Of a DNA stretch of 37,936 nucleotides, positions 1 through 9,529 are shown piece after piece (position 1 is the stretch's first letter; every line of letters begins with the position of its first letter). The notes beneath the pieces are model-generated. The model was not told the DNA's origin and searched no databases. It saw nothing but the letters and a program-made list of their open reading frames with translations. The stretch lies in the NCBI GenBank assembly GCA_944386205.1, contig CALXAE010000003.1, forward strand, positions 1 through 37,936, read 5' to 3'. The stretch comes from an uncultured Clostridia bacterium. Its GTDB lineage: Bacteria > Bacillota > Clostridia > TANB77 > CAG-508. The translations under genes and the position numbers were made by a program.

Positions 1-923
1 TTAAATTCAGAATTTTCAAATAGTTTTGTTACATCTTGAATAATCAATGGATTTCTTAAATCTGGTTTATCAATTCCGTATTTTTCCATGGCTTCTCTAT
101 ATGGAATTCTAACAAAAGGTCCTTTATCTACTTTCCAATCTGTAAATTTTTCAAATGTATATGGTACAACTTCTTCAATAACTTTAAAAACATCATCTTG
201 TGTTGCAAAACTCATTTCAAAATCCAATTGATAAAATTCTCCTGGCGCTCTATCTGCTCTTGGGTCTTCGTCTCTAAAACATGGTGCTATTTGATAATAT
301 TTGTTAAATCCACTAACCATTAGCAATTGTTTAAATTGTTGTGGTGCTTGTGGAAGTGCATAAAATTCTCCTGGATTTAATCTACTTGGAACTAAGTAAT
401 CTCTTGCACCTTCTGGAGAAGAATTTGCTAAAATTGGTGTTTGAATTTCTGTGAACCCAAGTTCATCCATTTTATCTCTAATTGTTTTTAAAATTTTAGA
501 ACGTAATAAAATATTATTGTGTAATTTTTCGTTTCTTAAATCTAAAAATCTATATTCTAATCTTAGGTCTTCTCTTACTTCTTGGTCTGTATTGATTTCA
601 AATGGAAGCACATTTTTACATTTTCCTAATACTTCTATTTTTTGTGCAACCACTTCTATATCTCCTGTTTTCATATGTGGATTTTTACTTGTTCTTTCCA
701 CAACTTCTCCCTCTATGTGGATACAACTTTCTGTATTTAATTCTTTTACAAATTTCTTTAATTCTTCATCATTTACAACAATTTGTGTAATTCCAAATTC
801 ATCTCTTAAATCAATAAAGGTCATTCCACCTAAGTCTCTTATTTTTTGAATCCATCCTGCAAGTTCAACATGTTCTTTTACATTTTTTATTGTTAGTTCT
901 CCACAAGTTTTTGTTCTATACAT
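1..923 (-). CDS. aspS: Aspartyl-tRNA synthetase, 5' part (runs off window end)
   Basis: Minus-strand frame from ATG at 923 reads [10 protein letters not shown]...[22 protein letters not shown]...[20 protein letters not shown]...[52 protein letters not shown], i.e. class II AspRS motifs. Not in the ORF track because it has no stop in the window. Confidence 0.97.
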   Translation of the reverse strand, partial: MYRTKTCGELTIKNVKEHVELAGWIQKIRDLGGMTFIDLRDEFGITQIVVNDEELKKFVKELNTESCIHIEGEVVERTSKNPHMKTGDIEVVAQKIEVLGKCKNVLPFEINTDQEVREDLRLEYRFLDLRNEKLHNNILLRSKILKTIRDKMDELGFTEIQTPILANSSPEGARDYLVPSRLNPGEFYALPQAPQQFKQLLMVSGFNKYYQIAPCFRDEDPRADRAPGEFYQLDFEMSFATQDDVFKVIEEVVPYTFEKFTDWKVDKGPFVRIPYREAMEKYGIDKPDLRNPLIIQDVTKLFENSEF

Positions 924-1132
924 TTTTATCTCATTCCCTTCTTTTACACGAATCCAGTTGAAAAATTGTTAGAATAATTGTTTTACAACTTTTTCCTATT
1001 TTTCGTCTTACTTATATTACCATAATTTTCGCTATTTTTCAATGGTTATCTATAAGAAAGTAGTAACTATTTTAAACTTCTATTTAGATTAAAGCAACAT
1101 TCTGGTATAGGAAAAAGGAAGCCAACAAATTG

Positions 1133-2476
1133 TCAGCTTCCTTGTGAGGTTAAACCAGTTTCAGCTTGTTTTTTCTTTTTGGTTACTGCTTCTATAATAT
1201 TACAAATCGATTGAATATGCTCTTGCATAATTTCTATCTGATTTGCATATTCAGGATAATGCATTAACCCATACCTACACATTGGCTCCATATAATTTTT
1301 AGTTTCCCCTATGTAGGCAATCATATCTTCCTCACTTGCACTCGCTAAAAAAGTACAAGTATGGACACGGTTTGAAAGTTTCTCTAAGAGGGCACTCACG
1401 TTTTTCTCAATTCCCTCATAGTACTCCGCCAATGGCTTATTTTTGTTAGAGACTAATTTTACGACATCAATCACTTTTCGATCAATACCATAATTTCTAA
1501 TCAATTCCTCACCATTTTCAGGTAAATAACATTTTTGAGGAATTTCATGGAGAAGTGCTGCTGCACATGCGCAATCATCCCGAATCCCAAGTGTCAGCAG
1601 ATATGAACACACTCTGAGCGGATGAATCACAAACGGATCTCCACTCGTTCTTTTCTGCCCCTGATGAAATTTCAGAGCTACAAACAATGCTTTATATGTG
1701 TTGGGCATTTCATTTGCACATGCGCCTTTGATATAATACACTGTTTTCATATACTCTTCAGTTTCATCTGTGATAACTTCTTGCATTCCTAAAATAGATG
1801 CAAAAGCTTCTATGCTTGAAACAATTATGTTTTCCAGAATTGTTATTGCATCTAAAAATTCTGGATACATAACTTTGCCTTTTGAACACAATGGATAATA
1901 GTACTTAATTGTTTCTAATATATATTTCTTCTTTCTTCCTTCATCAAATACTTCCATCGTGCTACAATTGTTTGCCCGGTCAGCAAGCTTAATCAATGTT
2001 GCTTTCCAGTTTTTTTGGATATTCCCGAAATATCTTTCTGGATCATAAACTGGACTCCAGAGCCATTTCTTGATTTTAGGCGGTTTGGTTAGTATCCATA
2101 CGATCTTCCAAACTTCTTCATCAAGATTATAGATTTCTACAAGTTCTCTTCCTCTATTAGGAAGTTGGCACTCTTCTATAACATCATGCAGTATTGCAAC
2201 AGCATACATGATATCACATTCATGCCGAATTTCAGATGCATCTTTTTCCGGATACCAGTCTTGTAAGCATTTTTCCAGGTTCAAACGAATTAAACTTTTG
2301 CATACCATGAGTGGATGAATGATATATGGTTCTCCTCCATCTCGATATTGTCCATCATGGTATCTGACAGCCAAAGCAAGTGCAATTAATGTATTCCGCA
2401 ATTTATACATCTTTGCATATCCTTTGATAAACTGATACTCTTTCTGCCATCTTTCTATTTTTCTACTGGTTTTCAT
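1133..2476 (-). CDS. Tandem-duplicated RelA/SpoT-type HD hydrolase (small alarmone hydrolase/Mesh1-like); second domain degenerate
   Basis: Repeat 1: HDGQYRDGGEPYIIHP...AILHDVIEE...KLADRANN. Repeat 2: HQGQKRTSGDPFVIHP...ALLHEIPQK...KLSNRVHT. GGGAGG RBS upstream. Confidence 0.85.
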   Translation of the reverse strand: MKTSRKIERWQKEYQFIKGYAKMYKLRNTLIALALAVRYHDGQYRDGGEPYIIHPLMVCKSLIRLNLEKCLQDWYPEKDASEIRHECDIMYAVAILHDVIEECQLPNRGRELVEIYNLDEEVWKIVWILTKPPKIKKWLWSPVYDPERYFGNIQKNWKATLIKLADRANNCSTMEVFDEGRKKKYILETIKYYYPLCSKGKVMYPEFLDAITILENIIVSSIEAFASILGMQEVITDETEEYMKTVYYIKGACANEMPNTYKALFVALKFHQGQKRTSGDPFVIHPLRVCSYLLTLGIRDDCACAAALLHEIPQKCYLPENGEELIRNYGIDRKVIDVVKLVSNKNKPLAEYYEGIEKNVSALLEKLSNRVHTCTFLASASEEDMIAYIGETKNYMEPMCRYGLMHYPEYANQIEIMQEHIQSICNIIEAVTKKKKQAETGLTSQGS

Positions 2477-2523
2477 TTTTTCAACCTCCCTTTTTTAAGA
2501 TAGGGTTTCCAAGTTCCGATAAT

Positions 2524-2552
2524 ATTATATACCATTTTCCAGATTATGTCAA
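2524..2552 (-). promoter_or_regulatory. sigmaA-type promoter for the tandem HD gene
   Basis: Minus strand TTGACA-17 nt-TATAAT, perfect consensus. Confidence 0.8.
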
Positions 2553-2557
2553 TCTCC

Positions 2558-3562
2558 TTATCTTTGTTCTAGACTTTCTCTTATTTCTCTATCTTCTCTA
2601 TACACTTTATGATAAGCCTCTTCTAATTCTCTTCTTCTAAAAGCAAAGTAATCTCTATATTTTTCTTTATATTTATCTGGTATTTCAAAATTTGTTTCTT
2701 TTTGGGCATCTAAGAAAGCTTGCTCTATATCTAATCTTTTAGTTAATTCTTCTACATATTTTTTAAACCATTCTTCATTTTCATATTGTCTCATAAAAGC
2801 ATCTAATGAAACTGTACTTCCATCATCTGTTTTTCTTATGTGAGTCCCTCTTTTTCCTATTTCACAGCAACAATCTAAATCATATATCGGTGCTATTCTA
2901 GCTGTTTTATCAAATTCATCTACTAGAAGTGCCCAATTATGGTTATTTTCATCTACTTGTTTAACAAATCGATTAAAAAAAGATTGCTTTATAAATTCTC
3001 TTCTAATTTGCTCTCTATTAGCATTTGTATAACCATTTAGCTCTAAATATCGCATTATATTATCTACCAACTGATTGATATTTAACTCGTTAATATCTGC
3101 TCCATTTTCTGCTAAAATATCTTCACCATGAATCAATTCTTCATCTTTGTCTTTAAAATCTTTCGTCACAATATATGTTTGTTCATATCCTTTTGTTTTC
3201 TTCTTAGTATCTTTTTTAGCTAGATAATAAATTGCTGATGATATTTGAAATTGTTTTGCAATCTGTGGTAATAAAATATTATTATATAGAGATTTATAAT
3301 AGTTTTCTAATGATAAATTTCTATAAATGTCTCCAAATGGTCTTTTGATTAATACCATTGTTTTTCCATCACTTAATAATCTCCATCCCATACAATTAGT
3401 ATATTGACTAACATCCTTATTAGATTTCAAAAATTTATTTTGTTCTAATCTAATATATCCATCTTCTGTCCAATTAAAATAATTTTCTTGTCCAGATATA
3501 TATTCGTCTATTTCGTTTTTTTGTAAATATTTTTCATATTCTGCTTTATCTAAAAAAAACAT
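2558..3562 (-). CDS. HipA/CtkA-like Ser/Thr kinase-fold protein
   Basis: FNRFVKQVDENNHNWAL...IAPIYD resembles the HipA catalytic loop (DxHxxN) and APxYD motif; candidate Lys in VLIKRP. Start moved to ATG 3562 behind a GAGGTG RBS. Confidence 0.65.
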   Translation of the reverse strand: MFFLDKAEYEKYLQKNEIDEYISGQENYFNWTEDGYIRLEQNKFLKSNKDVSQYTNCMGWRLLSDGKTMVLIKRPFGDIYRNLSLENYYKSLYNNILLPQIAKQFQISSAIYYLAKKDTKKKTKGYEQTYIVTKDFKDKDEELIHGEDILAENGADINELNINQLVDNIMRYLELNGYTNANREQIRREFIKQSFFNRFVKQVDENNHNWALLVDEFDKTARIAPIYDLDCCCEIGKRGTHIRKTDDGSTVSLDAFMRQYENEEWFKKYVEELTKRLDIEQAFLDAQKETNFEIPDKYKEKYRDYFAFRRRELEEAYHKVYREDREIRESLEQR

Positions 3563-3676
3563 ATCTTTCACCTCTCTTTTATTTAATCATATTTTTTTTC
3601 ATATTACAATAATTCATATTTTTATTGCAGTTTTTTTTATTTAATGGTATGATAGTTTTGATAGGAGTGGATGTAA

Positions 3677-4624
3677 ATGAAACAACCAGAATTTGATTTT
3701 TATGATAAAACTAGTTTAAAATCATATAACTTGGATAAAAGTATGAGATATCAATTAAATATGTTAGATACATTAGATGTTTTTACAAGAAAACATTCTG
3801 AAAACGTAGCAGCTTTAACATGTAGACTTTGTGAATATTTACATTGTAACAAGGGATTTACAGAATATTGTACAATTTGTGCTTATCTACATGATATTGG
3901 AAAATTATTCATACCACCATCAGTTCTCCAAAAACCTGCCAAACTAACTGATGAGGAATTTGAAGTTATGAAAAAGCATACAACTTTAGGTTATGAAATG
4001 TGTATGAAAGATTTAAAATTAAGACCTTATGCTGCTGGTCCTTTATATCATCATGAAGCTTTAAATGGAACCGGTTATCCTCAAGGACTAACCAAAAAAG
4101 ATATTCCTTATGAAGGGCAAATCATCAGAGTTGCTGATGAATATGATGCAATTGTAAGTAAAAGACAATATAAATCTCATGTTGGTATATCTGATACATT
4201 AAAAATTTTAATAGATGAAACAAAACCTTCTGTTACACCTGATTACTCTGGAACATTAAACCAACTTGCAGAAGAAGCAAAGTTAGGAAAAAGTAATCCT
4301 GTAATTGTTCGTACTTTATTTAAAGTTGTTATTGACGATATTGGCTATGAAATCACTTGTACACAAGGATATTTAGATACTCTAACACAAGATATCAAAC
4401 GTTTGAAACAAATGCAAAAATATAAGGAAAAAATGGAAAAAGCAAAAACGGAAAAAAATAGAAATTATTATTCAGAGGGTATTCGAGTATTAGCAAAACA
4501 AGGAGAAACTGCTGAAAATTTAGAACAAGTATATCAAGAGTATATTGAGGCCTATAACACCAGAAAAGCTATTGTTGATAATTTATATAAAGAAATTAAA
4601 ATTATAAAAAAATTACATGTTTAA
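3677..4624 (+). CDS. HD-GYP domain phosphohydrolase with C-terminal coiled-coil
   Basis: HSENVA, YLHDIGK, HHEALNGTGYPQGL, IIRVADEYDAI..R.YK; AGGAG RBS. Confidence 0.9.
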   Translation: MKQPEFDFYDKTSLKSYNLDKSMRYQLNMLDTLDVFTRKHSENVAALTCRLCEYLHCNKGFTEYCTICAYLHDIGKLFIPPSVLQKPAKLTDEEFEVMKKHTTLGYEMCMKDLKLRPYAAGPLYHHEALNGTGYPQGLTKKDIPYEGQIIRVADEYDAIVSKRQYKSHVGISDTLKILIDETKPSVTPDYSGTLNQLAEEAKLGKSNPVIVRTLFKVVIDDIGYEITCTQGYLDTLTQDIKRLKQMQKYKEKMEKAKTEKNRNYYSEGIRVLAKQGETAENLEQVYQEYIEAYNTRKAIVDNLYKEIKIIKKLHV

Positions 4625-4654
4625 AAAGCTTTGCTTGTAATAGCAAAGCTTTTT
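4624..4654. terminator. Bidirectional intrinsic terminator between HD-GYP and mazF
   Basis: aaaaagctttgct-tgtaat-agcaaagcttttt hairpin between convergent genes. Confidence 0.8.
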
Positions 4655-5003
4655 ATTCTTCTAGCCCAAAACTAACACCTAATGCATTATTAACTTGATT
4701 AATTATCTTTTCATCATCTATATGCCCTATCTTTTCTTTTAATCTACTTTTATCAATCGTTCTTATTTGTTCTGTTAAAACAACAGAATTATTTTTTAGT
4801 CCACAACTTTCTGAGTCAATTTCTATATGTGTTGGTAATTTATTTTTTCCTGTTTGTGAAGTAATCGCTGCTGCAATAACAGTAGGGCTATATTTATTTC
4901 CTAAATCATTTTGTATGATGAGTACTGGTCTAATTCCTCCTTGTTCAGAACCTACTACTGGGCTTAAATCTGCATAAAACATATCTCCTCTTTTTATTAT
5001 CAT
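4653..5003 (-). CDS. mazF: MazF/PemK-family endoribonuclease (NdoA/EndoA)
   Basis: [46 protein letters not shown]...[11 protein letters not shown]; ATG at 5003 behind GGAAGTG. Confidence 0.95.
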   Translation of the reverse strand: MIIKRGDMFYADLSPVVGSEQGGIRPVLIIQNDLGNKYSPTVIAAAITSQTGKNKLPTHIEIDSESCGLKNNSVVLTEQIRTIDKSRLKEKIGHIDDEKIINQVNNALGVSFGLEE

Positions 5004-5075
5004 TTTTTTCACTTCCAATATTGTTATATTATCAAGTATGTGTTTTATTTTAAATATTAGTTATGCAAAGCCTCA

Positions 5076-5690
5076 TTATTGAAACTTTACTTCTCTATAT
5101 AATATGTAAATTGACGTTTTTTTGCTATTATCTTTTATTTCCATTTTTATGGGATTTCCTGTATCTTTACTAATATATAATGTTCTATATTTTGTATATG
5201 GATTGTCTGCATTTTCCACATTTAAAATAATTTCGCCATTTTTTTCTTCATATTCTTGTTTTCCATTTTGTTTATACAATTCTATAAATGTACTTAAATC
5301 CATGCAATTATCTGTTACGTAGGCATAGTCATTATATATTTTTGTTAGATTTAATTTACTATTTTCAAGTTTTAATTCATTTTCGTTTTTGATAATTTTT
5401 ATACCTTGTATATTTTCAGGTTCTAAAATTTCTTGTTCTGACGTTTCTTCCTGTATGTATGTTTGTTTTATAACATATCTATTGGTATTTTTATTACTAT
5501 TAACTTCTACTTCAATCACAGTTTCATATGAACTAATATTTAAAATATTTTCAATAATTTCTTGACTACTACTATTATTTCCAATTTTTATTTTTTTACT
5601 CTTATTGATATAAAAAAAAGCAAATAAAATTAGAAGCAATAAAAAAATACTACATATACAAATGATTTTTAAATTTTTTTTCTTATTCAA
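5076..5690 (-). CDS. Membrane-anchored LolA-like sporulation/germination protein (YdcC/GerS-like)
   Basis: N-terminal TM helix; SY...IEVEV.SNKN.N.Y..KQ.Y...EILEPENI.G pattern; position upstream of ndoA as in Bacillus/Clostridium; TTG start with AGGAGG. Confidence 0.65.
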   Translation of the reverse strand: MNKKKNLKIICICSIFLLLLILFAFFYINKSKKIKIGNNSSSQEIIENILNISSYETVIEVEVNSNKNTNRYVIKQTYIQEETSEQEILEPENIQGIKIIKNENELKLENSKLNLTKIYNDYAYVTDNCMDLSTFIELYKQNGKQEYEEKNGEIILNVENADNPYTKYRTLYISKDTGNPIKMEIKDNSKKTSIYILYREVKFQ

Positions 5691-5719
5691 AAAAAGCCTC
5701 CTAATACAATTGTTGATAC

Positions 5720-5748
5720 ATTGTATTCTAAAGGCTTTTAAAATATGC
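5720..5748 (-). promoter_or_regulatory. sigmaE-like sporulation promoter for the gerS/ydcC-like gene
   Basis: Minus strand GCATATT-14 nt-AATACAAT matches the sigmaE consensus; overlaps the 3' end of dusB. Confidence 0.7.
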
Positions 5749-6702
5749 TTCTATTTTATTTACTAATTCTGTTTTGGTTTCTATTTGATTTATCGAATTT
5801 CTAAATTCACTTGAATTTTTTAAATTTTTTGTATACCATGCAATATGTTTTCTAAGTTCTTTAACTGCAATTTCTCCCTTTTCTTCTACTGCCAAATCAA
5901 TTTGTTTTTTGATTACTTCTAATTTTTCAGCATTTGATGGTTCTTCCATTTGTTTACCAATTTCCAAATATTCAATAATTTCTTTAAATATCCAAGGTCT
6001 TCCAAAGGTTCCTCTTCCTATCATAATCCCATCTACGCCAGTATATTGAAACATCTCTTCAGCAGATTTTCCGTCTACTACATCTCCATTTCCAATAACA
6101 GGAATGTTTACGCTTTCTTTTACTTTTTTTATAATATCCCAATCTGCTTTTCCTGTATAAAATTCACTTCTTGTTCTTCCATGAACTGTGATAGCCGAAA
6201 TACCTACTTTTTCTGCTATCTTAGCAACTTCAACAGCTACGATATTTTCTTTGTCCCAGCCTTTTCTGATTTTTAAAGTTACTGGCACTTGAGAATTCTT
6301 AATTACTGCTTTCATGATATTTTCTGCTTTTTCCAAATCTAGCAAAAGCTTGCTACCATCTCCATTTTTAACCACTTTAGGTGCTGGACATCCCATATTA
6401 ATATCCACAATATCTGCTATCTTGCTCACATGACTTGTAGCATATGCCATACTTTCTTCATCACTACCAAAAATTTGCATACTAATTGGTCTTTTTTCTC
6501 CATCAGTATTTAGCAAGCGTTTTGTCTTTTCATCATTATGAAACATTGCTCTGGCACTCGCCATTTCTGTACAAACCATCCCTGCACCATAATCTTTACA
6601 TACAATTCGAAAAGGCTTATTTGTAACCCCTGCCATTGGTGCTAATATTAAATTATTTTCTAACTCTACATCTCCAATTTTTAGTTTTTTAATAAACCCC
6701 AT
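5728..6702 (-). CDS. dusB: tRNA-dihydrouridine synthase B
   Basis: LAPMAGVT, QIFGSD, DINMGCPAPKV, VHGRTR, GNGDV, DGIMIGRG. Confidence 0.96.
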   Translation of the reverse strand: MGFIKKLKIGDVELENNLILAPMAGVTNKPFRIVCKDYGAGMVCTEMASARAMFHNDEKTKRLLNTDGEKRPISMQIFGSDEESMAYATSHVSKIADIVDINMGCPAPKVVKNGDGSKLLLDLEKAENIMKAVIKNSQVPVTLKIRKGWDKENIVAVEVAKIAEKVGISAITVHGRTRSEFYTGKADWDIIKKVKESVNIPVIGNGDVVDGKSAEEMFQYTGVDGIMIGRGTFGRPWIFKEIIEYLEIGKQMEEPSNAEKLEVIKKQIDLAVEEKGEIAVKELRKHIAWYTKNLKNSSEFRNSINQIETKTELVNKIEAYFKSL

Positions 6703-6767
6703 TTTCTCTCCTTCTTATGAATTGTAGTATTATGACAAATCTCGCTTCTTTAAATAATCTTTTCCTA

Positions 6768-7874
6768 TTATTGTACAAAGATAGTTTTTTGCCTCTTACC
6801 ACTAATATTTAGCAAGATTCCAATAAATATAAAGTTGGTAATTAGAGAACTTCCCCCATAACTAACAAATGGAAGTGGCACACCAGTTATTGGTAACAAT
6901 CCCATAACCATTCCAATATTTTCTAAAACGTGGAATAAAAACACACCTGTAATTCCCATAGCTATCAAAGAACCTGCTTTATCTTTTGCTGTTTTGGCAA
7001 TATAGATACATTTGGTTATTAAATAGACATATAACAAAATGATACCACCTGCTACAATAAAGCCCATTTCCTCTCCGATAACAGAATAGATAAAGTCAGT
7101 GGTTTTTGGATATAAAAATCCTAATTGTGTTTGGTTTCCTTTTAATAAGCCCATTCCTGTTAATCCACCAGAACCAATCGCAATTTTTGACTGGATAATA
7201 TTATATCCTGCCCCTCTTGGGTCTGACTCTGGATTTAAAAATACATCTATTCTAGATTTAGCATGTTCTGGTAAAACAAAATTATATAATAATGGAACTG
7301 CAATCACAATTAATAAAATCGTTCCTATAATGTATTTTTTGTCTAAGCCTGCTGAAAATAGCATAAGTGCCATTGCTACTATATATGCCAATGCTGTTCC
7401 ATAATCTGGTTGCATAACAATTAATAACACTGGTAATCCAACAACTGCTAATGCTATTAGTAATCTCGTTACTCTATTAATTTCATCTTGTCCTTTACGC
7501 TGTATTTTGATAATCGTATATGTTAAAAATAATATAACAAATATTTTATCAAATTCTCCTGGCTGAAATGAAAATCCAGCAATATTAAACCAACTTGATG
7601 CTCCATTAATAGGAGATGTAAATAATACACCTATTAATAATACAATAAAGATACCATATAATACCGGAGATGCCTTCAATAATAAGTTATAATCTATAAA
7701 CATTACAACTACCATTGCAATAATACTCACAACAAACCATATAATTTGTTTAGTAAATTCTTCATATTCTGTTTCTTGTGTGGCAGAAAATAATGCAACT
7801 ATTCCGATAACACATAGAATAATTGCAGTAATTAAAATTCCCCACTCCATATTTTTTAATTCTCTTTTTCTCAT
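6768..7874 (-). CDS. rodA: Rod shape-determining SEDS protein RodA
   Basis: Multi-TM; GASSW, FQPGEF.K, QPDYGT, GYNIIQSKIAIGSGG, TDFIYSVIGEE.G, LPITGVPLPFVSYGGSS; follows minDE. Confidence 0.9.
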   Translation of the reverse strand: MRKRELKNMEWGILITAIILCVIGIVALFSATQETEYEEFTKQIIWFVVSIIAMVVVMFIDYNLLLKASPVLYGIFIVLLIGVLFTSPINGASSWFNIAGFSFQPGEFDKIFVILFLTYTIIKIQRKGQDEINRVTRLLIALAVVGLPVLLIVMQPDYGTALAYIVAMALMLFSAGLDKKYIIGTILLIVIAVPLLYNFVLPEHAKSRIDVFLNPESDPRGAGYNIIQSKIAIGSGGLTGMGLLKGNQTQLGFLYPKTTDFIYSVIGEEMGFIVAGGIILLYVYLITKCIYIAKTAKDKAGSLIAMGITGVFLFHVLENIGMVMGLLPITGVPLPFVSYGGSSLITNFIFIGILLNISGKRQKTIFVQ

Positions 7875-7996
7875 TAAATCACTCTTTTTCTATTATTTTG
7901 TATAATAAACTTTTTAGTTTTTATATACTTATAGTAAAAATAAATACAACATAGTGTCTTAAAAAAAGCCACTTTAAGTTTCGTACTATTTTTGAT

Positions 7997-8659
7997 TTAA
8001 TTTTTCTTTTGTTCTGCAATTTTTTCTTTTTTATTTTCTTCTGTTTTATTTTCTTTTCGATTTATATCTTGTTTCTCGTCTTCATTTTCTATCTTTTCTT
8101 TATCTGTATTTGCTTCCTCTTGCTTTTCATCATTTTGATCTTGTGTTTCTACTTTATTTTCTTCTACTTTTTTTCCTTTTTCATCATTTTCTTGTTTGTC
8201 TTCATTATTATTTTTGTTTTGCTCTGTATTTTTTGTTCGTTGTTCTCTACTTTTTTGCTTATCTTCTTGTTGTATTCCTTTTTGGCTTTCTTTTTTATTA
8301 TCTTGCTCTTTCTTGTTGTTTTCTTCTTTTTTGTTCACTTGTTTTTCCATTTTTCTTGCTTCATTTTTAATATTTAAAATGGGAATATTGGCATATAAAG
8401 CTGGAGCGCCATTTGTACCATCTTCATTTTCTTTATTAGTTAGTCTTACATCTATTGCCCCTTCATCTATATCAATATATTTTTTGATTACCTCTATAAT
8501 TTCTTGCTTCATTAATTCCAAGAAATCTGCTGATACATTTGCTCTATCTTGCATAAGAACTAAATGTAATCTTTCTTTTGCAGCTTCTTTTGAATTTGGT
8601 GCAACTTTTTCTTCTTTTTTTCTTAATTTATTAAAGAATTTCATTATGCTTTCAAACAT
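7997..8659 (-). CDS. minE: MinE with long charged low-complexity C-terminal tail
   Basis: SKEAAKERLHLVLMQDR...MKQEIIEVIKKYIDID...ALYANIPI; start at ATG 8659 behind GGAGG; then about 115 aa rich in E/K/N/Q. Confidence 0.9.
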   Translation of the reverse strand: MFESIMKFFNKLRKKEEKVAPNSKEAAKERLHLVLMQDRANVSADFLELMKQEIIEVIKKYIDIDEGAIDVRLTNKENEDGTNGAPALYANIPILNIKNEARKMEKQVNKKEENNKKEQDNKKESQKGIQQEDKQKSREQRTKNTEQNKNNNEDKQENDEKGKKVEENKVETQDQNDEKQEEANTDKEKIENEDEKQDINRKENKTEENKKEKIAEQKKN

Positions 8660-8688
8660 TATTCGTTTTCCCTCCAACTTTTGTATTA

Positions 8689-9483
8689 TTATGATTTTTT
8701 AAATAATCTTTTTAGCCTTGCAAAAAAGCCTTTTTCTCTACCTGGAATAGTTACTTCTATTTTTTCTCCTAGTACTCTTTTTGCAATTTCAATATATGCC
8801 TTTCCTGATGGTGCTCTTCTATTTTGAATAACTGGTTCTCCTTTATTTGTTTGTGTAATAATATATTCATCATCTGGTACAACACCAATTAAGTCAATAG
8901 ATAATAAATCTACAATGTCGTCTACATCCATCATTTCGCCTTTTCTTACCATATTAGGTCTAATTCTATTTATAACCAATTCTGGATTTTTTATGTTTGA
9001 TGACTCTAAAAGTCCAATAATTCTGTCCGCATCTCTGATAGCTGATATTTCTGCTGTTGTTACAACTATTGCTCTATCAGCTCCTGCAATCGCATTTTTA
9101 AAACCTTGCTCTATTCCTGCTGGACAATCTATTAATATGTAGTCAAATTCTTCTTTTAATTTGCCTACTAAATTTTTCATTTGTTCTTCATTTACTGCGC
9201 TTTTATCTCTTGTTTGAGCTGCTGGTAATAGGTACAATTCTTTAAATCGTTTATCTTTTATTAATGCTTGTCTTAATTTACATTTTTCTTCTACAACATC
9301 AACAATATCATATACAATTCTATTTTCTAATCCCATAACAACATCTAAGTTACGAAGTCCTATATCTGTATCAACTAATGCAACTTTTTTTCCTTCTAAT
9401 GCTAAACTCGAACCCAAATTTGCTGTTGTTGTTGTTTTTCCTACTCCACCTTTTCCTGATGTTATAACTATTACTTCTCCCAT
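8689..9483 (-). CDS. minD: Septum site-determining ATPase MinD
   Basis: ITSGKGGVGKTT, DTDIGLRNLD, IDCPAGIE, C-terminal amphipathic GFFARLKRLF. Confidence 0.98.
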   Translation of the reverse strand: MGEVIVITSGKGGVGKTTTTANLGSSLALEGKKVALVDTDIGLRNLDVVMGLENRIVYDIVDVVEEKCKLRQALIKDKRFKELYLLPAAQTRDKSAVNEEQMKNLVGKLKEEFDYILIDCPAGIEQGFKNAIAGADRAIVVTTAEISAIRDADRIIGLLESSNIKNPELVINRIRPNMVRKGEMMDVDDIVDLLSIDLIGVVPDDEYIITQTNKGEPVIQNRRAPSGKAYIEIAKRVLGEKIEVTIPGREKGFFARLKRLFKKS

Positions 9484-9529
9484 AATTTTCCTCCTTAGGA
9501 TTTAAAAACACATATTTTTTGATGTGTAT

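Noticed and set aside
451-849. Plus-strand ORFs 451..849 and 602..790
   Set aside because: Antisense shadows of aspS, which occupies the minus strand.
924-1132. Possible T-box leader upstream of aspS
   Set aside because: No T-box consensus (AAnnnGGGTGGnACC) or antiterminator was found in this short AT-rich region.
1133-2476. CGG codon reassignment in this genome
   Set aside because: CGG encodes the conserved Arg of KLADR in the HD domain, consistent with the standard code, although this gene may be foreign.
8009-8702. Three Phe/Leu-rich plus-strand ORFs that look like membrane proteins
   Set aside because: Reverse complement of the A-rich minE tail; no RBS.
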